From: Candidatus Omnitrophota bacterium | Lineage (GTDB): Bacteria > Omnitrophota > Gorgyraeia > Zapsychrales > Fredricksoniimonadaceae | Assembly: GCA_016201795.1 (NCBI GenBank) | Contig: JACQCF010000002.1 | Location: forward strand, 45,122-109,121 | DNA: 64,000 bases | Direction: 5' to 3' | Shown here: positions 27,501 to 37,251 of the stretch, one piece after another | How the letters are laid out: every line of letters starts with the position of its first letter | How positions within the stretch are numbered: position 1 is the stretch's first letter | The notes under the pieces: model-generated | Seen by the model: only the letters and a program-made list of their open reading frames with translations | The model's database searches: none | Told to the model about the DNA's origin: nothing | Program-made: the position numbers and the translations under genes

Positions 27501-29036
27501 CCTATCCTTATGACGACATGTGCCGCTTTGTTTAGCTTGCTTCCTATGGCTATTGGGTTGGGGCATGGTTCTGAAGCTAATGTACCTTTAGGACGTGCTG
27601 TGGTCGGAGGACTTTCGGTTTCCGCAGTATTGACGTTGATCATTCTTCCCTTGCTTTACGTTCTTGTTGAAAAAATGAAGTTTTCTAAAACCAGCAACCC
27701 TCTGGTTAAAATCATGTTTATATTTTTTGTTATGAGCTTCATCTCAACCACTACCTTTGCTGAAGATGCGCAGGCTTCTGCCAAAGGGAAAGTTTTAACA
27801 CTGCAAGAGGCGTTGGAAAAATCGCTCAGTCAAAATCCTAAGATCATGATCGCCAAAGCCAAGACCGCCCAAGCCCAGGCGGAGGTTGATATGGCTAAGT
27901 CAGGGTATTGGCCGCGGCTGAATTTATCGGCAATGGATAGCTACGGTCTTGGGAGTTCTTCATCAGCCATCGGAATCACAGGAGTTGTCAATTCTACTCA
28001 CCGTAAAGGCGGTGCCGTTGGGGTAGATAGCGCCTGGACGATTTATGATTTCGGTCGCACCTCCAATAAGGTACAGGCCGCTCGAGAGGAAGCCCAGGCC
28101 CAGGATAAGGACATGGAACGGCAAATGGCGCAGATAAAGCTTATGATTAGCCGTACCTACGGGGAATGCGCGTTTTATACAGGATTCAATCATCTTTTGA
28201 CAGATAGGATAGAACGCCAAAAGCTCCTGGTTGAGGAAATTCAAAAATACACCCGTTCGGGCTTAAATTCTCAGGTCGATCTAAAATTGATGCAGGCGGC
28301 TTTTGAAAAAACTCGTGCTATACAAAGAGAATCCGAGGGATTTTTATATCAGTCCATCGATAAACTTAAAGAGTGGATGGGAGACTCTCATATGGAATCA
28401 TTTGTCTGTGTGCCTTTGCCTGAGATATCCACAGAAGTTCTAGCGTTAGATGCATTGATTACGCAGGCATTGAAGGAACGTCCGGAAATCAAAACAGCCC
28501 AAAAGCATTATGAAGCGGCACAGGCTTCCCGGTGGTCAGCAGAAGGTGAGCATGCACCAAAGATTGTAGCGGTCTCAAGTGTCGGTGAATTAGAGAAGAC
28601 CGACCCAGCTGGGGGGGATCAATGGTCGGCCGGTATCGGGGTTACGGTGCCTTTTTTCGATGGATTTCTAACCGAGGCTAAAATCGCCAAGGCCAAAGCG
28701 CAAGAGGCGGAAGCCAAAGCCTCCTTGGAAGAGGTACGTAATCAGATCCAGCAGGAAGCAGCTTCCTCTTATGCCCAATGGCAAGCAGCCCAACAGATGC
28801 GTCCAATAGTAGAGAAACAATATCAATTAACGAAAGAGGCTTATGATTTGGCGCATCACCGCTATACCGGGAAAATGGGAACGTTTATCGATTTACAAAA
28901 TGCCGAATCTGCTTTTGCTCAAGCCCAGCAGGAAAGTCTGAAGGCACAAATTCAGGAACGGCTGTCTTATTATCAGCTTTTTATTGTTAGCGGAATGAGC
29001 GTGTCCGTTGTCAAAGACAGTGATCAAAATAGATAG
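24594..29036 (+). CDS. RND (AcrB/HAE-family) inner-membrane permease fused in frame to a TolC-like outer membrane efflux protein
   Basis: Residues 1-1027 have 12 TM helices with two large periplasmic loops (AcrB/CzcA fold). From the ATG at 27675 there is a signal-peptide-like MKFSKTSNPLVKIMFIFFVMSFISTTTFA, then a two-repeat OEP/TolC domain. There is no stop codon between the two parts. Confidence 0.75.
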   Translation: MKLEEFSLKQPHWVIVGALLVVIIGVVCMTRLPKDILPIFKIPAVQIITFYPGMPAEVVEKDMTTRLERWTGQSNGIAMQESKSMIGVSILKDFFRSDIDPNTAMSQVTSFAMSDLYYLPPGTIPPMVMPFDPTASIPLALLTVENPDMNETQLYDVAYFNLRNMLQGIPGVIAPAVYGGKLRRILAYIDPYKMTQLNVSGLDVVQALLESNVMIPTGNAKFKDKDYQIITNAMPENVDTMNQFLIRGENGVPITIGDVGKVEDSHQIQTNVVHIAGKRQVYIPIYRQPGANTIQIIDSMKSAIQSLLERLPRGMSLKIVADQSQFVRQSIKSIYSEVGLGGVLASLVVLIFLGSLRASFAVFLSIPLSILTCFIALYATGETINAMTLGGLALAVGILIDNSVVVLENSIRHFKMGKPIRQAILEATGEVAMPVLAGTVCIIIVFIPIIFFTGIGKFLFTPLAKSVAFSVLASYVVSMTIIPLYCVRFISEKHREKSSEKGHEGRFNRFAQRYQKSLSSLMKIKGVVIFAAVILFCASLFLYPFIGKELFPRSDVGYLTLYLHLPTGTRIEKTEETMKKVEQSLNNLINTNNIDTMITNIGVLYDWPAAYTPNSGPGDAFVELELSHKKKFSTEEYATKIRELFKREYPDIQIAINTGGLITAALNMGLSSPINIQVEGKDLKTSMPIAEEIVKQAKEVKGAVDVRIQEHLDYPQIEIELDRAVIAEKRMTVEEVVKNIVTALNSSVNFKASFWIDPKNGNHYFLGAQYPEELIKSIETLENLPLTGKNQKQIVLLKEIAKFKETSAPSEIRHRNIQRVVNIFVNTSGRDVGAVASEISQRIKDIKLPDGYRINERGEVQSMQESFQNLGGGLMLAVILVYLVLVGQFRSFRDPLLILIAVPMGLIGVLLTLWLTKTTLNVQSFIGIIFMVGIAVLNGILLIEFANRLKSEGQSAQEAVINAAGVRLRPILMTTCAALFSLLPMAIGLGHGSEANVPLGRAVVGGLSVSAVLTLIILPLLYVLVEKMKFSKTSNPLVKIMFIFFVMSFISTTTFAEDAQASAKGKVLTLQEALEKSLSQNPKIMIAKAKTAQAQAEVDMAKSGYWPRLNLSAMDSYGLGSSSSAIGITGVVNSTHRKGGAVGVDSAWTIYDFGRTSNKVQAAREEAQAQDKDMERQMAQIKLMISRTYGECAFYTGFNHLLTDRIERQKLLVEEIQKYTRSGLNSQVDLKLMQAAFEKTRAIQRESEGFLYQSIDKLKEWMGDSHMESFVCVPLPEISTEVLALDALITQALKERPEIKTAQKHYEAAQASRWSAEGEHAPKIVAVSSVGELEKTDPAGGDQWSAGIGVTVPFFDGFLTEAKIAKAKAQEAEAKASLEEVRNQIQQEAASSYAQWQAAQQMRPIVEKQYQLTKEAYDLAHHRYTGKMGTFIDLQNAESAFAQAQQESLKAQIQERLSYYQLFIVSGMSVSVVKDSDQNR

Positions 29037-29064
29037 AGTTTTAATTTTATGGTTATACTATAAT
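29036..29064 (+). promoter_or_regulatory. Candidate sigma70 promoter for the YHS / thioredoxin-like operon
   Basis: TATAAT at 29059-29064 with AT-rich upstream sequence. An AAGGAGGA RBS lies before the ATG at 29100. Confidence 0.3.
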
Positions 29065-29099
29065 AACTTTTTAAAAACCACCAAACACAAGGAGGATGT

Positions 29100-29417
29100 A
29101 TGAACATCAAAACCAAATTATTGTTAACCACCTTTGCGGCAGCTGTCGCTTTAGTTTTCACACCCTATGCTGTCAAAGCTCAAGGGGCTAACCCCGGTGT
29201 AACAGACAAAGGCCAGGAATCCGTGTCGGTTGCCATTGACGGCTTTTGTCCGGTGTGTGTCCTTAGCGGTAAAAAGAACAAAGGTAACGATCATTTCGTT
29301 ACCGAGTATAACGGCAAAATTTATAAATTCGCAGGCATGAAGCAGCAGAAGGAGTTTTTAGAAGATCCGGAAAAATATGTGGCGGATTTAGATGCTAAAT
29401 ACAAAGCGCTTAAATAA
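29100..29417 (+). CDS. Secreted YHS-domain (TRASH-like) metal-binding protein
   Basis: Signal peptide followed by [10 protein letters not shown]...[24 protein letters not shown], which fits the YHS domain pattern. Confidence 0.6.
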   Translation: MNIKTKLLLTTFAAAVALVFTPYAVKAQGANPGVTDKGQESVSVAIDGFCPVCVLSGKKNKGNDHFVTEYNGKIYKFAGMKQQKEFLEDPEKYVADLDAKYKALK

Positions 29418-29467
29418 TTGAGGTGGTCGGGGGTGCTTTGTGTCAGCAGGGTACCCCCGATTGTTTT

Positions 29468-31663
29468 ATGATGAACAGGTTATCTTCAATAATAGTTGGG
29501 ATGATGATTGTGTTGACAGCAATGAGTGTTTGCGCCTGGGCGCAACAGCCAAACATAAAAGCCAACCGGCTTATCCACGAGAAAAGCCCTTATTTGCTGC
29601 AGCATGCCTATAACCCGGTGGATTGGTATTCGTGGCAACAAGAGGCCTTTGACAAGGCCAAAAAAGAAGACAAACCCATTTTTCTTTCCATCGGGTATTC
29701 GACCTGTCATTGGTGTCACGTCATGGAAGAGGAATCATATTCTGATCTACGTATCGCCAAAATCCTCAACGATAATTTTATAGCCATTAAAGTAGATCGC
29801 GAAGAACGGCCTGACATTGACAGTATTTATATGCAGGCGGTCGAGGCTATGACCGGCTCCGGCGGTTGGCCGTTAAATGTTTTTCTAACGCCTGACTTAA
29901 AACCATTTTATGGTGGAACTTATTTCCCGCCGACCAGCCGTTGGGGGCAGCCGGGGTTGGATACTGTTTTAATCGAAATTGCCCAAAAATGGAAGACTCA
30001 GAAAGGCTCAATTCTTCGGCAGGCCATGGATCTCAAATCTGGCAGAACCTCAACGGAAGGCATACCGATGACGGCTTCCAGTTTTTCACCCATGACTCAT
30101 ACTCTTAACCAAGATACTCTTAAAAATGCCTATGAACAGCTTAGGTCGAACTTTGACAACCAGAATGGCGGTTTTGGCGGTGCGATCAAATTCCCCAGCA
30201 GCCACATGCTGTCATTTCTTTTGCGGTACTGGAATCGCAGCCATGATCCGCAGGCGCTAGCCATGGTGGAAAAAACATTACATGCCATGGCCGATGGCGG
30301 TATTCATGATCAGATCGGCGGGGGATTTCACCGGTATTCGACGGACTCATTCTGGCGCGTGCCCCATTTTGAAAAAATGCTCTACGACCAGGCCATGCTT
30401 TCCATGACCTATCTGGAGGCCTATCAGGCTACGGGTAAAAAGGAATATGTGGATGTGGTCAGGGATATTTTGGATTATGTCCTGCGGGACATGACCAGTT
30501 CCGAGGGAGCGTTCTATTCCGCTGAAGACGCGGATAGTCAGGATGAGCGAGGACAAAAACGGGAAGGAACCTTTTATTTATGGACAGCTAATGAAATTTC
30601 TGACGTTTTAAGTAAAGAAGATGCGGTGGTATTCGATTATTATTTCGGCGTGGAACCTGGTGGTAATATGAGGGGAGATTTTGGTGATAAAAATATTCTT
30701 TATGTAGCTCATAGCATCGAGGAGACGGCCAGACAATTCGGAAAATCCGTTGAGGAAATTCAAAACATTTTGCAGCAGGCCAAAGCAAAACTTTTAGCCC
30801 AGCGTACACAGAGAACGAGGCCATTTCGGGATGATAAAGTTTTGACCGATTGGAATGGACTGATGATCACCAGTTTCGCATCGGCGGCGCAGGTGCTGGA
30901 TGAACCGCGCTATGCTCAGGCCGCGCAAAAGGCAGCGGATTTTCTGTTGGCAAAGATGAAGCGCTCTGATGGACGGCTCATGCACCGCTGGCGTAAAGGG
31001 GAATCAGCCATTGGCGGGTTTCTCGACGATTATGCCTTTTTTACTCAAGGGCTTTTGGCGGCGTATGAGGCCACGTTTAATCCTCAATATTTACAGCAGG
31101 CAAAGTTTTTGGTCGATGAAATGATTCGTCTTTTTGGTGACAAAATAGCTGGAGGATTTTTCTTGCGGGCCAATGATGAGCAGGCATTGATTGGGCGCAC
31201 CAAGGATGCTTATGACGGTGCGATACCCTCCGGTAATTCGGTGGCGGCTATGATTTTAGGGAAGTTAGGACGACTGATGATGGAAAAACGTTATGAGATC
31301 CAAGCGCGTGCCACCGTGGATGCCTTTTCCGCCCAAGTCGAGCTGTACCCATCGGGCTTTACCTATATGCTGGCGGCATTGGACTATCTCTTGGGCCCGT
31401 CGCGGGAGATTGTCATCGCCGGTGACCAAAACGATCCTCATACTCAAGCCATGGTGCATGAAATTCATCAGCATTTTATGCCCAACAAAGTTATTTGTCT
31501 GCATCCAGTAGGCCAACAACAAGCCAGGGCCATTGAAGCTTTAGTACCTTTTATCAAAGACCAGAAGCTCATGGGGGGCAAGTCCACCGCTTATGTGTGT
31601 TCCCATTATGTCTGCAAGCTGCCCGTCAATGATGTCAAGAAGCTCCAGCCAATGCTCAAGTAA
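29468..31663 (+). CDS. Thioredoxin-domain protein of the DUF255 / SPATA20-YyaL family, with a signal peptide
   Basis: [14 protein letters not shown]...[21 protein letters not shown] is the hallmark DUF255 thioredoxin-like N-terminus, followed by an (alpha/alpha)6 GlcNAc-2-epimerase-like region. The start is likely MMNRLS at 29468. Confidence 0.75.
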   Translation: MMNRLSSIIVGMMIVLTAMSVCAWAQQPNIKANRLIHEKSPYLLQHAYNPVDWYSWQQEAFDKAKKEDKPIFLSIGYSTCHWCHVMEEESYSDLRIAKILNDNFIAIKVDREERPDIDSIYMQAVEAMTGSGGWPLNVFLTPDLKPFYGGTYFPPTSRWGQPGLDTVLIEIAQKWKTQKGSILRQAMDLKSGRTSTEGIPMTASSFSPMTHTLNQDTLKNAYEQLRSNFDNQNGGFGGAIKFPSSHMLSFLLRYWNRSHDPQALAMVEKTLHAMADGGIHDQIGGGFHRYSTDSFWRVPHFEKMLYDQAMLSMTYLEAYQATGKKEYVDVVRDILDYVLRDMTSSEGAFYSAEDADSQDERGQKREGTFYLWTANEISDVLSKEDAVVFDYYFGVEPGGNMRGDFGDKNILYVAHSIEETARQFGKSVEEIQNILQQAKAKLLAQRTQRTRPFRDDKVLTDWNGLMITSFASAAQVLDEPRYAQAAQKAADFLLAKMKRSDGRLMHRWRKGESAIGGFLDDYAFFTQGLLAAYEATFNPQYLQQAKFLVDEMIRLFGDKIAGGFFLRANDEQALIGRTKDAYDGAIPSGNSVAAMILGKLGRLMMEKRYEIQARATVDAFSAQVELYPSGFTYMLAALDYLLGPSREIVIAGDQNDPHTQAMVHEIHQHFMPNKVICLHPVGQQQARAIEALVPFIKDQKLMGGKSTAYVCSHYVCKLPVNDVKKLQPMLK

Positions 31664-31707
31664 CGACTCACCAGTTTTAACTTTTTGAAACAGGAACCAA
31701 ATCCATA

Positions 31708-32840
<1,133 letters not shown>

Positions 32841-32842
32841 CC

Positions 32843-32870
32843 CCGCAAAAGTGCTGCGGGGTTAATTCGC
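32843..32870 (+). terminator. Rho-independent terminator after gap
   Basis: Stem CCCCGCA/TGCGGGG with a 7-nt loop, followed by TTAATT. Confidence 0.5.
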
Positions 32871-32910
32871 ACTTATAAGTTACATCACTCCGTTCTGTAA
32901 CTTATGTGCT
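32870..32910 (+). promoter_or_regulatory. Inverted repeat (GCACTTATAAGTTACA ... TGTAACTTATGTGC) immediately upstream of the metE RBS; candidate operator
   Basis: 14-16 bp arms with a 10-bp perfect core ATAAGTTACA, about 15 nt upstream of the AGGAG RBS of metE. Confidence 0.35.
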
Positions 32911-32924
32911 CATTAAGGAGAGGC

Positions 32925-35090
32925 ATGAAAACTTACGCTTACGGATTTCCGCGGTTGGGAGAAAATCGCGAATATAAGAAAGCCATCGAAACTTTTTGGG
33001 AAGGTGAGGGCTCAGAAGAAGGGCTCAACCATACACTCCATGAGCTTCAGGCGAATATGCTGCAGATCTATGCCTCTGCCGTGAATGTTTTCCCCGTCGG
33101 TGAAATGACCGCTTATGATCCTATGCTCGATACGGCCGTTATGCTGGGGGTTTATAAGCCTAAGAATTTACAGGAATATTATGAATTGTGCCGCGGCGCA
33201 GGCGCTTTGGAGATGACCAAATGGTTCAATACCAATTACCATTACCTGGTGTCTGATTTTTCCGCCGTTAAAAGCCCGTCTTTTGAACTACATTGGAATA
33301 AACCCCAGCAATACCGTGAACGTTTTGGCAAGGGCATCCCTTATGTGATTGGCCCATTTACTTTCCTTAAATTAAGCAAAGGGTTAAGCAAAACACAATT
33401 CAAGTCAGCCCTGGAAGATTTGACCGGAGTTTACCGATCTTTGTTCACTTCTTTGCAAGAAGTGCACGTGGATGAGCCTGCTTTGGTGCTGGAACTTTTC
33501 AGCGATGAGATTGAGGGCGTTAAGAAGGCCTATGAAATTCTTGGCCAGTCTGCTAAGGTCCACCTTTTTACGTATTATGAGCAGGTAGATTTTTTAAAGC
33601 AATTGTACGATCTACCAGTGGCCTCGTTGGGGTTGGATTTTGTGCACGGTATTAAAAATCTTCAGACCATTAAAAAATACGGTTTTCCTAAAGACAAGAC
33701 TTTAATCGCCGGTGTGGTGGACGGGCGCAATATCTGGAAGAATGATATTCGCCATTCGGTGGAGACGCTGAAAGCTTTGAGCCGTCAGGCAAAATCTATT
33801 TGGGTTTCCAATGCCGGTCCGTTGTTCCATCTTCCCATCACCACCGAAGGGGAACATCTGGATTCCCGCCTGATGGGGAATTTGGCGTTTGCCAAACAAA
33901 AGCTGCAAGAGATTGGTACCATCGCGGCGTGCGCGCAAGGACGTCAGAAGGTGAAGGTGCCGTCTGATTCTGGTGTGCGCGTATTAGGTCAGAACAAGAA
34001 AGTGCAGACCAGGATTAAGACGCTTACCACCAAAGATTTTAAGAAATTGGTGCCGCTAGCCAAGCGTCGGGCGATTCAAGATAAGATTCTGCATCTTCCT
34101 TCTTTTCCGACGACAACCATTGGCAGTTTTCCTCAGACCCCAGAGGTTCGCAAATACCGGGCCGATTACCGTGCCGGCCGTATTACCGAGCAAGAATATA
34201 ATGCCTTTGTGCAGAGGGAAATCCGTCAATTGATGAAGTTTCAAGAGGAACAGGGGTTGGATGTTCCGGTCCACGGAGAATTCGAACGCACCGACATGGT
34301 GGAGTTTTTTGCCGAACAGTTGGACGGCGTTGCCACCACGGCCAATGGCTGGATTATTTCTTACGGCACGCGTGCGTACCGGCCGCCTATCATTTTTGGA
34401 GATATCTCCCGTCCCAGACCCATGACCGTCAAGGAAATCGTTTATGCCCAATCTTTAACCAATAAGCCGGTCAAGGGTATGCTCACCGGCGCAGTTACCA
34501 TCATCGCCTGGAGTTTTGTGCGCGAGGATATTCCCATTAAGGATGTAGCTTACCAGATCAGTTTGGCCTTACGGGATGAAATTCATGATTATGAGAAAGC
34601 TGGTATTAAAATTGTCCAGGTGGATGAGCCGGCCATCCGGGAAAGGGCCCCCATCAAACGGGGCGATTGGCCAAAATATTTCGATTGGGCCATCAAATCC
34701 TTCCGTCTGGCTACCAATACTGCTCCCGAGACCCAGATCCACACGCATATGTGTTATTCGGAGTTTGGGGAGATCATCAAGCAGATTGACGCCATGGATT
34801 TTGATGTCATTTCCATCGAGTCCACCCGCAGCCGGGGAGATATCATCAAAAACTTCGAGCGGATTGATTTTAAGAAACAGATTGGTCTTGGCGTTTGGGA
34901 CATCCATTCGCCGGCCATTCCTACCGTTGAGCAGATGAAACAGGTGGCTCAGAGGGCGTTGAGGGTTATTCCCAAAAGAAATTTCTGGATCAATCCTGAT
35001 TGCGGTCTCAAGACCCGCGGATGGCCGGAGACCGAGGCATCTCTAAAAAATTTGGTCACCCTGGCCAGTCAGTTGCGTCATCAGAAGTAA
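32925..35090 (+). CDS. metE: 5-methyltetrahydropteroyltriglutamate--homocysteine S-methyltransferase (cobalamin-independent methionine synthase)
   Basis: N-terminal KTYAYGFPRLGENREYKKA, a two-domain length of 720 aa, and the C-terminal zinc site region (HMCYSEFGEII...DCGLKTR). Confidence 0.9.
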   Translation: MKTYAYGFPRLGENREYKKAIETFWEGEGSEEGLNHTLHELQANMLQIYASAVNVFPVGEMTAYDPMLDTAVMLGVYKPKNLQEYYELCRGAGALEMTKWFNTNYHYLVSDFSAVKSPSFELHWNKPQQYRERFGKGIPYVIGPFTFLKLSKGLSKTQFKSALEDLTGVYRSLFTSLQEVHVDEPALVLELFSDEIEGVKKAYEILGQSAKVHLFTYYEQVDFLKQLYDLPVASLGLDFVHGIKNLQTIKKYGFPKDKTLIAGVVDGRNIWKNDIRHSVETLKALSRQAKSIWVSNAGPLFHLPITTEGEHLDSRLMGNLAFAKQKLQEIGTIAACAQGRQKVKVPSDSGVRVLGQNKKVQTRIKTLTTKDFKKLVPLAKRRAIQDKILHLPSFPTTTIGSFPQTPEVRKYRADYRAGRITEQEYNAFVQREIRQLMKFQEEQGLDVPVHGEFERTDMVEFFAEQLDGVATTANGWIISYGTRAYRPPIIFGDISRPRPMTVKEIVYAQSLTNKPVKGMLTGAVTIIAWSFVREDIPIKDVAYQISLALRDEIHDYEKAGIKIVQVDEPAIRERAPIKRGDWPKYFDWAIKSFRLATNTAPETQIHTHMCYSEFGEIIKQIDAMDFDVISIESTRSRGDIIKNFERIDFKKQIGLGVWDIHSPAIPTVEQMKQVAQRALRVIPKRNFWINPDCGLKTRGWPETEASLKNLVTLASQLRHQK

Positions 35091-35102
35091 TTTATATTTG
35101 GA

Positions 35103-35193
35103 GTCATTGCGAGGAGCCGAAGGCGACGAAGCAATCCCAAAAGAATTAATTTTTGTTGAGATTGCTTCGCTCCCTACGGTCGCTCGCAATGAC
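35103..35193 (+). mobile_element. MITE-like palindromic repeat element (copy 2) in the convergent metE/metF intergenic region
   Basis: The same termini as copy 1 (GTCATTGCGAGGAGC...GAAGCAATC / GATTGCTTCGCTCCCT..GGTCGCTCGCAATGAC), with a longer AT-rich central spacer. Confidence 0.7.
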
Positions 35194-35202
35194 ACGTATC
35201 TT

Positions 35203-36048
35203 TTAGCGGCGGACCTCTTTCAGGATAATGTCCGTCGGAGAAATTTTATTGAGGGTATAGAAGTGCAGGCCGGGGGCACCTTGATCAAGAAGCTCTCGGC
35301 ATTGCTCAACAGCAAAACGAATACCTGCCTCTAATGTTTTAGCCGGATCATCTGCGAGGGGTTTAAAAATCTCATGGACCTTCACCGGGATAGAAGCCCC
35401 GCAGAGTAAGCAAAATCTCACCAAAGCCTGATAATCGGTAATAGGTAAAATTCCGGGAATAACGGGTTTGTTCACACCTAATTTTTTCAAACGCGCGATA
35501 TAATCAAAATAATCCTGATTGTCAAAAAAAAGCTGGGTGATGACGTAATCCGCTCCCGCATCAATTTTGGCTTTGAGATGCTGCGCGTCCACCTCGCGAT
35601 TGGGGGCTAACATATGCCCCTCGGGGAAACCGGCCACTCCAATGCCAAAATAAGAGTTAAAATGTTGACGGATAAAGGCCACCAGCTCACTGCTGTATCG
35701 AAAGTTTTTTGGCCCCGGCTTCCAGTCGGGATGATCTTTGGGAGGGTCTCCCCGCAAAGCCAGGACATTGCTGATTCCCCGGCGTTTGATCTCTTCGAGA
35801 ATCGTTTTAATTTCGTCTTTGGTATGTAGGACACAGGTTAAGTGAGCCACCGCCTTGATATGATGTTTATTTTGAATATGTTCTACAACGTCCAATGTTT
35901 TCTCGCGGCTGCCGCCTCCGGCGCCGTAGGTACAGGAGATGAAATCCGGTTTTAAGCCAGCTAGCTGATCAATGATCCCCAGCAATTTCACGTACCCCTC
36001 GGGGGTTTTGGGGGGGAAGAGTTCAAAAGAAATAGTGGGAAAGTTCAT
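35203..36048 (-). CDS. metF: 5,10-methylenetetrahydrofolate reductase
   Basis: N-terminal NFPTISFELFPPKT and the LRGDPP FAD-binding signature. The start is placed at the ATG at 36048-36046, overlapping the stop of the upstream membrane gene. Confidence 0.88.
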   Translation of the reverse strand: MNFPTISFELFPPKTPEGYVKLLGIIDQLAGLKPDFISCTYGAGGGSREKTLDVVEHIQNKHHIKAVAHLTCVLHTKDEIKTILEEIKRRGISNVLALRGDPPKDHPDWKPGPKNFRYSSELVAFIRQHFNSYFGIGVAGFPEGHMLAPNREVDAQHLKAKIDAGADYVITQLFFDNQDYFDYIARLKKLGVNKPVIPGILPITDYQALVRFCLLCGASIPVKVHEIFKPLADDPAKTLEAGIRFAVEQCRELLDQGAPGLHFYTLNKISPTDIILKEVRR

Positions 36049-37142
36049 CGATATGCGCCTGTTGGCATATTCCATTTAATTTTATTTAGGAAAAAGATGA
36101 AGATAGGATCCCAACACCAACCAGTGAAGAGGGGAAAAATAGCCATGACCCACACATATTGGCGCTGGAGAAACCAATAGCCGGTTACAGCATCTGCAAT
36201 CATTAATAACAGGATCGGCAAAATAAAAATAGTCATTAAGAAACCAGCTACGATCAAACGGTCTTGTTTGGGCCACCATAACCGTAGCGCAATCCCGATT
36301 AACAGTAAATAGAAGAGTTTAAATCCGATTAAATTGGTCATTACTGCTTTTAGAAAATTAATCGGATCTACCAAGGGGTTAGGAATAAACTGAAAAACAT
36401 CAAGTTCGAGGTACCTATGGTTATAGAAGGGGCTGGATGGATTGCCTTTATTATAGTAGAGCCATAGAAGTAACCCAACAAAGCTTAAGCTTAACCAGAA
36501 ACGCCAGCGGCGTTGAATGAACGGGATAAATCCTGTTTGCCGATAATCCCTTAATAAGAAAAATAATCCCCAGCAACATATGATGAGCAAGCCATACGGA
36601 TGATAAATGATTGTTAGAATTAAAGCGATCCAATATAAGATACATTGCATCCGTGAGGGGGATAGTAAGGGATTCATAAGGCTTTCAAGGATGTAGAAGG
36701 TGGAAAGCCCTAAGGCGGCCAGCATGCTATAGGGCCTAAGCTGCAGGGCATGATAAATCAGTTGTCTGTGCAATGCAAACATGGCAAAGGTCATTAGCCA
36801 ACTGAGGGGGTGTTTGAGATAGCGTTGGCAAAGTAACCCCAGCACATAGAAGCCTAACAGGGTTGATAAGAAATGGGGGATTGCCACTCCCCATTTGTTC
36901 TCTTTGAAGATTTGTATAAAAGGATAGGTGAGTAGGTAATCGCCGGGAAAAGAATGCGATTCGCCGTAATCAGCCGTAAGCCAAAATGGCTTAAGGGGCC
37001 CCACCGTATGTTTATATTGGCACAATTCATCTGTAGACCATTCGTGCTGCCTGTAGATATCTATGCGCCACCAAAGACCGAGCAAGGTAATAACGAAAAC
37101 AGAGATTAGCAACCATTTAGGCGGGGATGATATTTTTTGCAC
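36045..37142 (-). CDS. Hypothetical polytopic membrane protein (GT-C-like topology), co-transcribed with metF
   Basis: An N-terminal TM, then an acidic loop (WSTDELCQYK...ADYGESHSFPGDY), then at least 9 TM helices. Its stop overlaps the metF start (ATGA). Confidence 0.4.
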   Translation of the reverse strand: MQKISSPPKWLLISVFVITLLGLWWRIDIYRQHEWSTDELCQYKHTVGPLKPFWLTADYGESHSFPGDYLLTYPFIQIFKENKWGVAIPHFLSTLLGFYVLGLLCQRYLKHPLSWLMTFAMFALHRQLIYHALQLRPYSMLAALGLSTFYILESLMNPLLSPSRMQCILYWIALILTIIYHPYGLLIICCWGLFFLLRDYRQTGFIPFIQRRWRFWLSLSFVGLLLWLYYNKGNPSSPFYNHRYLELDVFQFIPNPLVDPINFLKAVMTNLIGFKLFYLLLIGIALRLWWPKQDRLIVAGFLMTIFILPILLLMIADAVTGYWFLQRQYVWVMAIFPLFTGWCWDPIFIFFLNKIKWNMPTGAYR

Positions 37143-37201
37143 TTTTTTATTTTACAATAATTATCCGACAGAGCAATTACTTTTTCGATATCTTAAATCC
37201 C

Positions 37202-37229
37202 TTGACTATCTTAGGGTTTTATTTATAAT
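37202..37229 (+). promoter_or_regulatory. Sigma70-type promoter of the EPS-type MarR regulator gene
   Basis: TTGACT (37202-37207), a 16-nt spacer, then TATAAT (37224-37229). Confidence 0.5.
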
Positions 37230-37247
37230 GTTCAAAAATTGAACATT
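37227..37247 (+). promoter_or_regulatory. Perfect 9-3-9 palindrome AATGTTCAA-AAA-TTGAACATT overlapping the -10 element; candidate (auto)regulatory operator
   Basis: A 21-bp perfect inverted repeat lies between the -10 and the ATG at 37252 of the winged-helix regulator. Confidence 0.55.
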
Positions 37248-37251
37248 TCCT

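Noticed and set aside
32841-32924. Possible SAM or B12 riboswitch in the metE leader
   Set aside because: The leader is only about 85 nt and lacks the conserved cores of those riboswitches. It is better explained as a terminator hairpin plus a short inverted repeat.
35098-35334. 78-aa plus-strand ORF (MESLRGAEGDEAIPKELIFVEIASLPTVARNDT...) in the metE/metF intergenic region
   Set aside because: It is the translation of the palindromic repeat element and of the antisense of the metF 3' end. The ...ARND... peptide is the signature of translated repeat DNA, not a gene.
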